Shown piece by piece: positions 1-7,545 of a stretch of 49,154 bases of DNA. Numbering within the stretch: position 1 is the first letter of the stretch; the number at the start of each line of letters is the position of its first letter. The position numbers and the translations under genes were made by a program. Under the pieces are notes generated by a model. It was not told the DNA's origin, searched no databases, and was given only the letters and a program-made list of their open reading frames with translations. The stretch spans positions 1-49,154 of the forward strand of contig DAOUUW010000003.1 of the NCBI GenBank assembly GCA_030667965.1, given 5' to 3'. The DNA is from Deltaproteobacteria bacterium (GTDB lineage: Bacteria > Desulfobacterota > Desulfobulbia > Desulfobulbales > SURF-16).

Positions 1-111
1 GGTTCAAGACCCAAGGCACATCCCTTCTCTTTCCCATATTTAATTAAAGTTTCTACCGAAAAGAAGATTAAATTTATTTATTAACTTTTGTTTAACTTTC
101 ACCATACAAGG

Positions 112-158
112 CACGGAGTTCACAGAGTTTTTTCCTCTGTGTCTCTGTGAGCTCTGTG
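112..158. repeat. Intergenic imperfect palindrome with ~9-bp periodic arms (cacagag/ctctgtg type)
   Basis: cacggagttcacagag (112-127) pairs with ctctgtgagctctgtg (143-158); same architecture as elements at 19790, 39096 and 45927. Confidence 0.7.
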
Positions 159-205
159 AGATATAAACTTTCATGCTTCGTTGTTCCCGCCCGCGCAGAT
201 GGAGG

Positions 206-360
206 TTACTTAGAAGAAGCGAGGTGATCCAGGCCGATGTCGCATCTCAGGAGGTCTTGATAGGCAAGGCCTTTCCGGATGACCTGTATCTCGCCGCCGG
301 ATGTTACCATGACCGCCGCTGCGGCCGGCCGTTGTACGTGGACATCTGTTCCAGGGTGAC
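206..360 (-). pseudogene. C-terminal remnant of a diaminopimelate/ornithine decarboxylase-family (LysA-like) gene, frameshifted
   Basis: Minus strand reads VTLEQMSTYNGRP, then after a 1-nt shift AAAVMVTSGGEIQVIRKGLAYQDLLRCDIGLDHLASSK*. This resembles the LysA C-terminal motif S(S/N)YNxRP.aAeVlV......IR....yeDLL. The 5' part is absent. Confidence 0.55.
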
Positions 361-366
361 CCCTCT

Positions 367-942
367 CATTTTACCACCAAGGAGGTTGGTAAGGGGACCG
401 GACTCGGTCTTGCCGTTATTCATGGAATCATCCAGAGTTGTCATGGTTTTATCAGGGTGGAGAGCACTCTTGGCAAAGGAACAACCTTTCATGTGCATAT
501 CCCGGTTTTTCAGCAGGATGTGTCACGAGTAGATAAAGGTGTCAGCCAGGACCTTCCCACCGGTTCGGAACGAATTTTGATTGTTGATGATGAACAGATG
601 ATTGTTACTATCAACAAGACAGTTCTGGAAAAACTTGGCTACACGGTAACGGCTACAACGGATAGTCTGGAGGCCTTTGAGAAAATTCGTAGTAATGCCG
701 ATCAGTTTGACCTGCTCGTTACCGATCAAACCATGCCAAACCTGACTGGTGCCGAATTAGCTTATAAGGCGCTACGGATAAGGCCTGATTTGCCCATAAT
801 TATCTGCACCGGATACACTTCGGTCTTTACTGAACAGGATGCTCTGGCAATCGGCATTAAAAAATATGCCGGAAAACCAATTGGCAGGAAGGATCTTGCC
901 GGCATTGTCAGGCAGGTGCCGGATGAAAATGCAGGGGTGTAG
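367..942 (+). pseudogene. 5'-truncated hybrid sensor histidine kinase (end of HATPase_c plus receiver domain)
   Basis: In frame upstream of the 457 GTG: HFTTKEVGKGTGLGLAVIHGIIQSCHGFIRVESTLGKGTTFHVHIP (F/G2 boxes), then REC domain (ILIVDDE, LLVTDQTMP, CTGY, KP). No H-box, N-box or sensor region upstream. Confidence 0.8.
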
Positions 943-960
943 GCTGAAGGTAAAAGGGTG

Positions 961-989
961 GTAACCATTCAGCGTAGGCTGAAAATTAC
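961..989. repeat. Mini hairpin with the same termini as the adjacent MITE-like element
   Basis: gtaaccattcagc-gta-gctgaaaattac style imperfect inverted repeat; its ends resemble taactgttcag/ctgaatagtta of 1006-1130. Confidence 0.5.
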
Positions 990-1005
990 CCTTTACTCCA
1001 GACTT

Positions 1006-1130
1006 TAACTGTTCAGATGTGCTTTAGATGTGCACCCTCAAGGGGCATAAACTCCAGCAGGCTGGCACAGCATACTGGTGCTATGTAAGACAGCCTGATC
1101 GCGTGCATATGAAGTGCAGCTGAATAGTTA
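1006..1130. mobile_element. MITE-like non-coding element with terminal inverted repeats
   Basis: taactgttcag (1006-1016) ... ctgaatagtta (1120-1130), 1 mismatch; internal nested inverted repeats (atgtgcac/gtgcatat, caggctg/cagcctg); no ORF. Confidence 0.6.
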
Positions 1131-1145
1131 CAAAGGGTGAAGCAA

Positions 1146-1189
1146 AAGAAAGGGTATTAGCAGCAACCATGCTGCTAATACCCTTTCTT
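1146..1189 (-). terminator. Intrinsic terminator downstream of adk (possibly bidirectional)
   Basis: Perfect 20-bp inverted repeat aagaaagggtattagcagca / tgctgctaataccctttctt with a 4-nt loop, 50 bp past the adk stop. Confidence 0.75.
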
Positions 1190-1239
1190 GATTTCATTAT
1201 CAATTGTCAATTATCAATTAATAATTGCTTTTCTTTTTC

Positions 1240-1917
1240 TTAATCAAGTTCTTTCATGATGGAGGCGAGAACTTCACCGATGGAAGCAGAGCCGTCAACA
1301 GAGATGACTTTAGGGCCGTCGATGCTCTTAAAGAAATTCACTGCGGCCATGGTGCCGGTCCCGGTGTCATAGTAGATATTGTGGCGCTTGTCGATGGCAT
1401 CTGTGTCCTGATCGTCGGCACGCATGCTCAGCTCACCGCCACAGACACGGCAAACAAGTTTACCGTCTTTTTCTACCGGTTTAATGGCTTCAAAGGCGAT
1501 GTGGTTCGGGTGGTTATTGTCGTTGGCACACAGGCGGCGGCCCATGATACGCTCTTTGGCAATCTGGCGGTCAAGTAAAATTTCAATGACGAAGTTCAGA
1601 TCGATACCGGCATCTTTCAAGGCTTTGGCCAGGGTTTCACCCTGTACCTTGTTGCGCGGGAAGCCGTCCAGCAGCCAGCCTTTTTTGCAGTCATCTTCTT
1701 TCAACCTGTCCAGGATCATCGGAATGGTGATATCATCGGGAACCAGATCACCCCTGTCGATATACTCTTTTGCCTGTTTGCCAAGTTCAGTTCCGCCGCC
1801 GATATTTTTGCGGAAGATAGCACCGGATTCGATGTGGGCAATATTGTATTTTTCTTGTACCTTGGCGCCCTGTGTACCTTTGCCGCTGCCGTTCGGGCCG
1901 AAAATTAAAATGTTCAT
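1240..1917 (-). CDS. adk: Adenylate kinase
   Basis: P-loop GPNGSGKGTQ, LLDGFPR, RADD; LID with C-x5-H...C-x2-C; SD AGGAG 7 nt before ATG (alternative GTG at 1920). Confidence 0.97.
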   Translation of the reverse strand: MNILIFGPNGSGKGTQGAKVQEKYNIAHIESGAIFRKNIGGGTELGKQAKEYIDRGDLVPDDITIPMILDRLKEDDCKKGWLLDGFPRNKVQGETLAKALKDAGIDLNFVIEILLDRQIAKERIMGRRLCANDNNHPNHIAFEAIKPVEKDGKLVCRVCGGELSMRADDQDTDAIDKRHNIYYDTGTGTMAAVNFFKSIDGPKVISVDGSASIGEVLASIMKELD

Positions 1918-2119
1918 CACGTTTCTCCTTGCAAGTGGTTAATAAATGAATAGTCCTTCATGAGTGTGTAACGTGTAGTAATTACAATAATTTTATGAAA
2001 ACCGACGTGGAACTATAGCGCAAGTTTGTAAAGTATGCCATAAAAAAAGAGCGTCTTTGTCGGTAGGGAATGAAATAAAGAGATGCGAAGAAAAAGGTGA
2101 CAATCAGGTTGGGGCATCT

Positions 2120-2242
2120 TTATTTTTTTCTTGTGTCATGGAGTTTACAAAACTCTTTGATCAGCTCTTTCCTGTCACCCAGGCTCATGCGGAAATAAAA
2201 GGGACTCAGCATTAAAATTTTGATGGCTTCCTGACGGCTCAT
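2120..2242 (-). CDS. Candidate small protein, 40 aa (MSRQEAIKILMLSPFYFRMSLGDRKELIKEFCKLHDTRKK)
   Basis: ATG 2242 to TAA 2120, below the ORF-track cut-off; protein-like composition and GC-richer codons than the AT-rich flanks; weak SD. Confidence 0.55.
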   Translation of the reverse strand: MSRQEAIKILMLSPFYFRMSLGDRKELIKEFCKLHDTRKK

Positions 2243-2600
2243 GACTGACCAACTTTAGCAGAATTATGTTTCTCAAATCGTTTGAGAGTTTAATGAAAGT
2301 ATCGGTTTTTTCACTAATAACTTTACGAAATAGTTTGAATGAATACTCATTCATTTTTTACAAAATTGCATTTCGTTACCATGGAAACAAAAAAAAAGCA
2401 TCCTTTTTTTTAAAAAAAATGATTTCTTCTGCTGCTCAAAATGGGTGTGAGGGGCAGAATGAAAAGGTGATTCTCGCGTGTGCCGGAAGTTTTTCATATT
2501 GTTTGTTTTTTTCTGTGATTTTTGGTGGTAAAGACATTCTTGGAAATAATGAAAGGCAAGGTGTCACAGCATACAACAAGACGAAGGCATTTCCATCAGC

Positions 2601-3207
2601 ATGCATAAATCTATCACGGCAACATTACTTCTTTTTGTTATTCTCCTTTTCGGCGCATGCGGCTACCATGCTGCTTGAGCACAGTACCTTTGTAGATGGG
2701 CTGTATATGACTCTTATCACCATTTCCACGGTGGGTTACGGAGAAGTCGTGCATCTCAGTCCGGCGGGGCGTCTTTTTACCATGGTGCTCATTCTCATCG
2801 GAGTGGGATTTGTCATGTTTGTTTTCACGAAAATAACAGAGGCCGTGGTCGAGGGTGAACTTCGGGCTGTTTATGGGAGGTTGCATATGAAAAAAAAGGT
2901 GGGAGATCTGTCCTGACACCATATTCTGCGGCCCACTGTGACCGATTTTATTGATTTGACTGTCAGTGGCGGCGAACTTGGCCTGCGCCTGGAAGAACTC
3001 CGGGTTTCCGATAGCGGGGATACGGTTAATAAAACATTGATGGATTCAAACATCAGGCGCGATTTTGATCTCATTGTGGTGGCCATTAAACGAAGCTTGG
3101 GGGAAATGCTGTTTAATCCGAGCCCGAATACCAGGATTTTATCCGGAGACACACTGGTTGTGCTCGGCGAGTATGAAAAAATAAAGGAGATTGAAAAGAT
3201 TATTTAA
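2601..3207 (+). pseudogene. Degraded 2-TM potassium channel with TrkA/RCK domains
   Basis: TM1 MHKSITATLLLFVILLFGACGY from 2601; extra C at ~2667 shifts to MLLEH...TISTVGYGE (K+ filter)...TM2; in-frame TGA 2914-2916; then directly HHILRPTVTDFID and a TrkA-C domain. The NAD-binding TrkA-N (GxGxxG) domain is missing. Confidence 0.85.
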
Positions 3208-3327
3208 TGAGGCAGGACATGTTGTGATACAATGTGCCTAATGTATTGAGAAATAAAGAAGTTTCGATATTTTCCGGGGCGGACAAACCGTATCTGTACA
3301 AACGCCCCACAGCGGAAAGGAAGGGTG

Positions 3328-4770
3328 ATGGCCGATCTTACTAACAAGCCGGTAAAAATCTGTAATGACCGCGTTCTGTTAAAGCTGACCAAGGACAAGC
3401 TCAAAGCTGTTTTACAACTTGCCAATCCTGATGACCATTTTGAAGCGATTGACTTCCCGGAAATATTAAAAGAGGTGCAGGAGCACGGTGTGTCATTTGG
3501 TTTTTTTTCCAAACTTCCGCCGGCCAGGGACGGTAAAACCATTATTGCCAACGGCAAGGCGGCGGTACCAGGGGAGAATGCAAAGGTGAAACCAGTGGTC
3601 AAGCCGGCTCTGCAGTTTACTCCCAAAACGAAGGAGGGGGTGAAGGACAAGGTGGATTTCCGCGAGCTTGGCAATATTGTCAATGTGCCTGCAGGGCAGT
3701 TGCTGCTGCAGAAAATAGCGGCCACTGCCGGGTCTCCGGGGAAAAATGTACTGGGGGCGGTAATTGCCACCAAAGCCGGCAAGGATGTAACCATGAAATG
3801 CGGTTCCGGCGCCGTTTTGTCTGACGATGGAATGCAGGTCCTGTCCACCCTGGATGGCAAATTTATAATGCGCGACGGCAAAGCATGCGTGTTGGAAGAG
3901 CATGTGGTGCAGGGTGATGTTGACATGAGTGTCGGCAATATTGCCTTTTTCGGTTCCCTCCTTGAAATTCAGGGAGAGGTGATCTCCGGCTTTAAAGTCA
4001 AATGTAAAGGGGACATTTCCGTTGCCAAAGGGGTCGGGAATGCTGTGCTTATTGCCGGGGGCAACCTGACCATTAACGGAGGCATGGTGGGCGAGGAGGC
4101 CGAGGTGAGGGCCAAGGGTAATATCCGGGTAGATTTTTGTGAGAATTTCGGTTTGCTTGAAGCCAGAAAATCTTTGACGGTCACTAATTATCTGATTCAG
4201 GGACAGGTCAAAGTGGGCGAAAAGTTGACCGCCCTTGAAGGCAAAGGGAAAGTCATCGGCGGCGCATTCGTTGTCGGCGGCAGTATGTATGTCAAGGAAC
4301 TCGGCTCCGACGCCGAGGTTGTTACTCATGTTACAGTGGGCTTAAAGCCCGAGCTGGAGAAGCGCAAGAGAAAAATCGAGGTGGCAAAACAGTACTGGCC
4401 GGATCGGATGAATGAGCTGTTGAAAAATATCAGCGCCATCAATGAGATGAAAAAAAAGGAGGGCAAGGATTTCGGTGGTGAAAAGGCAAAGGTGCTGGCG
4501 GAAATCAATGACATGATGCCCGAGGTGATGGAGATGAATAACAAGCTCACCGAGATGGAGGCTGAGCTTGAAGATGAGCTGAATAAGGCGGCCTGTGAGT
4601 CCGTATATGTCTATAAAACCCTCTACCCTGGAGTGCATATCAATATAGGCAGTTCCTCCCTTTTTGTGAACAAGCAGGACAGTCAGGTGGTTGTTGAACT
4701 TGATAAAAAGACTCTGAAAGTCAAAGTGCGGCCCATGACATCGGAAGAGAAAGAAGGAGTTGGGCAGTAG
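3328..4770 (+). CDS. FapA family (DUF342) protein
   Basis: VDFRELG, GDVDMSVGNIAF.G, beta-helix-like Gly-rich repeats, coiled coil, C-terminal LYPGVHINIG; SD AAGGAAGG. Confidence 0.85.
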   Translation: MADLTNKPVKICNDRVLLKLTKDKLKAVLQLANPDDHFEAIDFPEILKEVQEHGVSFGFFSKLPPARDGKTIIANGKAAVPGENAKVKPVVKPALQFTPKTKEGVKDKVDFRELGNIVNVPAGQLLLQKIAATAGSPGKNVLGAVIATKAGKDVTMKCGSGAVLSDDGMQVLSTLDGKFIMRDGKACVLEEHVVQGDVDMSVGNIAFFGSLLEIQGEVISGFKVKCKGDISVAKGVGNAVLIAGGNLTINGGMVGEEAEVRAKGNIRVDFCENFGLLEARKSLTVTNYLIQGQVKVGEKLTALEGKGKVIGGAFVVGGSMYVKELGSDAEVVTHVTVGLKPELEKRKRKIEVAKQYWPDRMNELLKNISAINEMKKKEGKDFGGEKAKVLAEINDMMPEVMEMNNKLTEMEAELEDELNKAACESVYVYKTLYPGVHINIGSSSLFVNKQDSQVVVELDKKTLKVKVRPMTSEEKEGVGQ

Positions 4771-4897
4771 TGCAATTCTCTCCGGTCTTAAAACGTTTTT
4801 GACAGAAATCGTCTTTGCTTCTCTGTGAATTCCCGGAACTTTCCCTGTCCTTATTCCCTCTGCATATAAAACGATCGATAACGTAAAGGACCATTTG

Positions 4898-6277
4898 ATG
4901 CGCTGCATCTTCTCTCTTATCATACTTACCATTTCCATGTCCGCCTGCACTTTTTTCAGGCCGGACGACACCGCACCTGAACTGGAAAACATGCCCCTGC
5001 AATTTTCTCTGTATTCGGAGAAGGCGGACAATTCCGGCCTGTGGTGGAAAGATTTTAACAGCCTTGAACTGGACCTTCTCATTGATGAGGCAATTGCAGA
5101 AAATTTCTCCATCAGAGAGTCCTGGGCCAGGCTTGAGCAGGCACGTTACGCGGCCCGAAAAGAAGCTTCTTCATTCTGGCCGGAGGCAAGTGTTCCGGCA
5201 GGGGCGGCCGATAGCGAGATAAAGGAAGAAGGGGAGTCTCGTGTTAATGTTGATGAATGGAGCCTTGGTTTTTCCGCAAGCTATGAGGTTGATCTGTGGG
5301 GCAGGATCAAGGCGGACACGGAAAGTTCCCTTTCTCTTGCCGAGGCCTCCCGTGAGGATCTGAAAACGGCTGTCATGAGCGTCACCGGCCAGATCGCTGA
5401 AAACTGGATTGCTCTTCTTTCAACCAAAAAACAGCAGGCTCTTTTTGCCAGCCAGATGGAGCTGCAGAAACGGCTGCTTGACCTCATCCAATTCCGCTTT
5501 CCTCTGGCCAGATCCACAGCTCTGGACATTTACCAGCAGCAGCAGAGCATAGAGAAGATCGAGGCGGCTTTGATACCTCTGCAGAGCCGGGAGAAGGCCC
5601 TTGCGCGGCAGCTGGCCCTGTTCATGGGTAAGGCTTCCCTGGACAAAAACAGGCTGAGTCAGAATGATTTCCCTGTTGTTGATAAAATTCCTCAGATAGG
5701 TTTGCCGGCGGATCTTCTGGCCGTCCGGCCCGATGTGCGTGCCGCCGGCCTGAAGCTGCAGTCCGCCCGCTGGCAGATCGCTGCGGCAAAGGCTGACAGA
5801 TTGCCGGCCCTGAAACTGACGGCCTCCCAGACCTACTCATCTGCCGACATCGGCAGCATCTTTGATTACTGGCTTCTCAATCTGGCGGCAAATCTGACAG
5901 CACCGGTATTTGACGGTAAAAAAAGGCGGCTTGAGGTGGCGCGGACGGAGGCCTTGGCCGATGAGCGGTTTGCAGCCTATGGTCGCGTTGTTTTCACCGC
6001 CATTAAAGAGGTGGAAGATGCCCTGGCGGATGAAGAACAATATGCTGCAATCATCGAGTCTCTTGACCGGCAGCTTGAACTTTCAGAAAAAACCATGCGT
6101 GAGGCGAGGCGCCGCTACCTCAACGGCAGCAGTGACTTTATCAATGTGCTGCGGGAGGAATTAAATGTTCTGCAGCTTCAGCAGGAGTTGATTGTTGCCC
6201 ATGAAAACAGGCTTGTTGCCAGAATAAAACTCTATAAGTCCCTGGGCGGGTCCTGGGTGGCTGCGTATGTTGAATAA
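4898..6277 (+). CDS. RND efflux outer-membrane lipoprotein (TolC/NodT family)
   Basis: Lipobox MSAC, WWKDF...LD.LI, SYEVDLWG, PADLLAVRPDVRAA, C-terminal LYKSLGG. Confidence 0.93.
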   Translation: MRCIFSLIILTISMSACTFFRPDDTAPELENMPLQFSLYSEKADNSGLWWKDFNSLELDLLIDEAIAENFSIRESWARLEQARYAARKEASSFWPEASVPAGAADSEIKEEGESRVNVDEWSLGFSASYEVDLWGRIKADTESSLSLAEASREDLKTAVMSVTGQIAENWIALLSTKKQQALFASQMELQKRLLDLIQFRFPLARSTALDIYQQQQSIEKIEAALIPLQSREKALARQLALFMGKASLDKNRLSQNDFPVVDKIPQIGLPADLLAVRPDVRAAGLKLQSARWQIAAAKADRLPALKLTASQTYSSADIGSIFDYWLLNLAANLTAPVFDGKKRRLEVARTEALADERFAAYGRVVFTAIKEVEDALADEEQYAAIIESLDRQLELSEKTMREARRRYLNGSSDFINVLREELNVLQLQQELIVAHENRLVARIKLYKSLGGSWVAAYVE

Positions 6278-6288
6278 AGGCGTTAGAT

Positions 6289-7545
6289 ATGTCTGAACCG
6301 GAACAAGAAAAATTTGCCAGTGATATGCCTATTCCCAGGCGTTCCTGGAAACAGAGACTGCTGGCCGCTGGAATTATCCTGATAATTCTCGCCCTGGGGG
6401 CGCTTGTTGCCGTGTATCTGATGAAAACAGGTCCACAGGCCCAAAAAAAACCGCCGAGCAAGATGAAAGTTCTGGCAAGAGCGATGGCTGTTGCGCCAAC
6501 AGCAGTAAATGTGACCATTGATGCCCTGGGCAAAGTCATCCCGGCCCGGGAAGTGCAGTTGCAGGCCCGGGTGTCGGGCACTGTTGTCGAGCTTCATCCC
6601 GGTCTTATTCCCGGCGGATTAATCGGCAAAGATGAAGTGGTGCTGCGTCTTGATGATGTTGATTACAGCCTGACCCTGCAGCAGAAGCTCAATGCCCTGG
6701 CCCAGGCCCGCGCTGATCTGCGCATTGAAGAGGGCAGCCAGTTTGTCGCCCTGCAGGAATGGCAGCTGATTAATGGGGAGATTGAAAATATTGACACATC
6801 CAGCCAGGACCTTGCCCTGAGAAAACCGCAGCTTGCCAAGGTGCAGGCCGCTGTCAATGCGGCTGAAACAGAGGTTGAGCGGGCCAGGGTGGATCTTGAT
6901 CGGACAGTCATACGAGCGCCGTTTAACGCCATTGTTTTTGGGAAAAACATTGATATGGGCTCCCAGGTTTCAACCCAGTCAATTCTTGCCACCCTGACCG
7001 GTATTGACGAGTTCTGGGCAGATATTTCCATTCCGGCCGACAAGCTGAGCTGGATTGTTTTTCCCGGAAGAAAAGAGGCTCCTTCAAAAGTTGAAGTGCG
7101 GGATAGCCAGGGGAACCTCTACTCCGGGCAGTTGCTTCAATTGATGCCGGATATAGACAGGGAAGGTCTGATGGCCCGTCTGCTCATCGGAGTGCAGGAC
7201 CCCATGGGCATCAAAAGTGGGAAAAAACCGGTGCTGCTTGGCAGCTTTGTCCGCGTGCGCATAGAAGGAAAGAGGATTGAGAACGTGTTTCAGGTTCCCC
7301 GCTCCGCCCTGAAGGAGAATGACAGGGTGCTGCTCGTTACCGATGCCGCCACGCTGCATATCCAGCCGGTGACGGTGAAATGGCGTGATGCTGATTTTGT
7401 TTTTGTTGATTCGGGCCTGAAACAAGGGGACCGCATCATTGTTTCCAATGTGGCGGCGCCCATTGAAGGCATGGAGCTGGAGCTGACGGAAAACGGCGGC
7501 GGCGGTGTCCGGGCTGCGCAAGGAAAGGCGGATGGCCGAAAATAG
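6289..7545 (+). CDS. RND efflux periplasmic adaptor (membrane fusion protein)
   Basis: N-terminal TM anchor, lipoyl-like half motifs (ARVSG, IRAPF), coiled hairpin; lies between OMF and RND genes. Confidence 0.93.
   Translation: MSEPEQEKFASDMPIPRRSWKQRLLAAGIILIILALGALVAVYLMKTGPQAQKKPPSKMKVLARAMAVAPTAVNVTIDALGKVIPAREVQLQARVSGTVVELHPGLIPGGLIGKDEVVLRLDDVDYSLTLQQKLNALAQARADLRIEEGSQFVALQEWQLINGEIENIDTSSQDLALRKPQLAKVQAAVNAAETEVERARVDLDRTVIRAPFNAIVFGKNIDMGSQVSTQSILATLTGIDEFWADISIPADKLSWIVFPGRKEAPSKVEVRDSQGNLYSGQLLQLMPDIDREGLMARLLIGVQDPMGIKSGKKPVLLGSFVRVRIEGKRIENVFQVPRSALKENDRVLLVTDAATLHIQPVTVKWRDADFVFVDSGLKQGDRIIVSNVAAPIEGMELELTENGGGGVRAAQGKADGRK

Noticed and set aside
1-37. Possible minus-strand gene start (MGKRRDVPWVLN) running off the left edge
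   Set aside because: Only 12 codons visible, with no SD or recognisable motif
173-532. 119-aa ORF
   Set aside because: Off-frame read across the LysA-like/kinase junction; no family signal
1950-2345. Possible Rex operator upstream of adk
   Set aside because: Only half-site matches to TTGTGAA-N4-TTCACAA in AT-rich DNA
2266-2600. N-terminal part of the 216-aa ORF
   Set aside because: AT-rich intergenic sequence that happens to be open; the true TM1 is in another frame from 2601
2914-2916. In-frame TGA as a second selenocysteine
   Set aside because: Not at a conserved Cys or redox motif, and it coincides with a deletion junction in a frameshifted gene
3271-3320. Possible c-di-GMP-I riboswitch before the FapA-family gene
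   Set aside because: There is a hairpin (ggggcg/cgcccc), but the GGCAAA...GNRA...GACGCAAAGC architecture is absent
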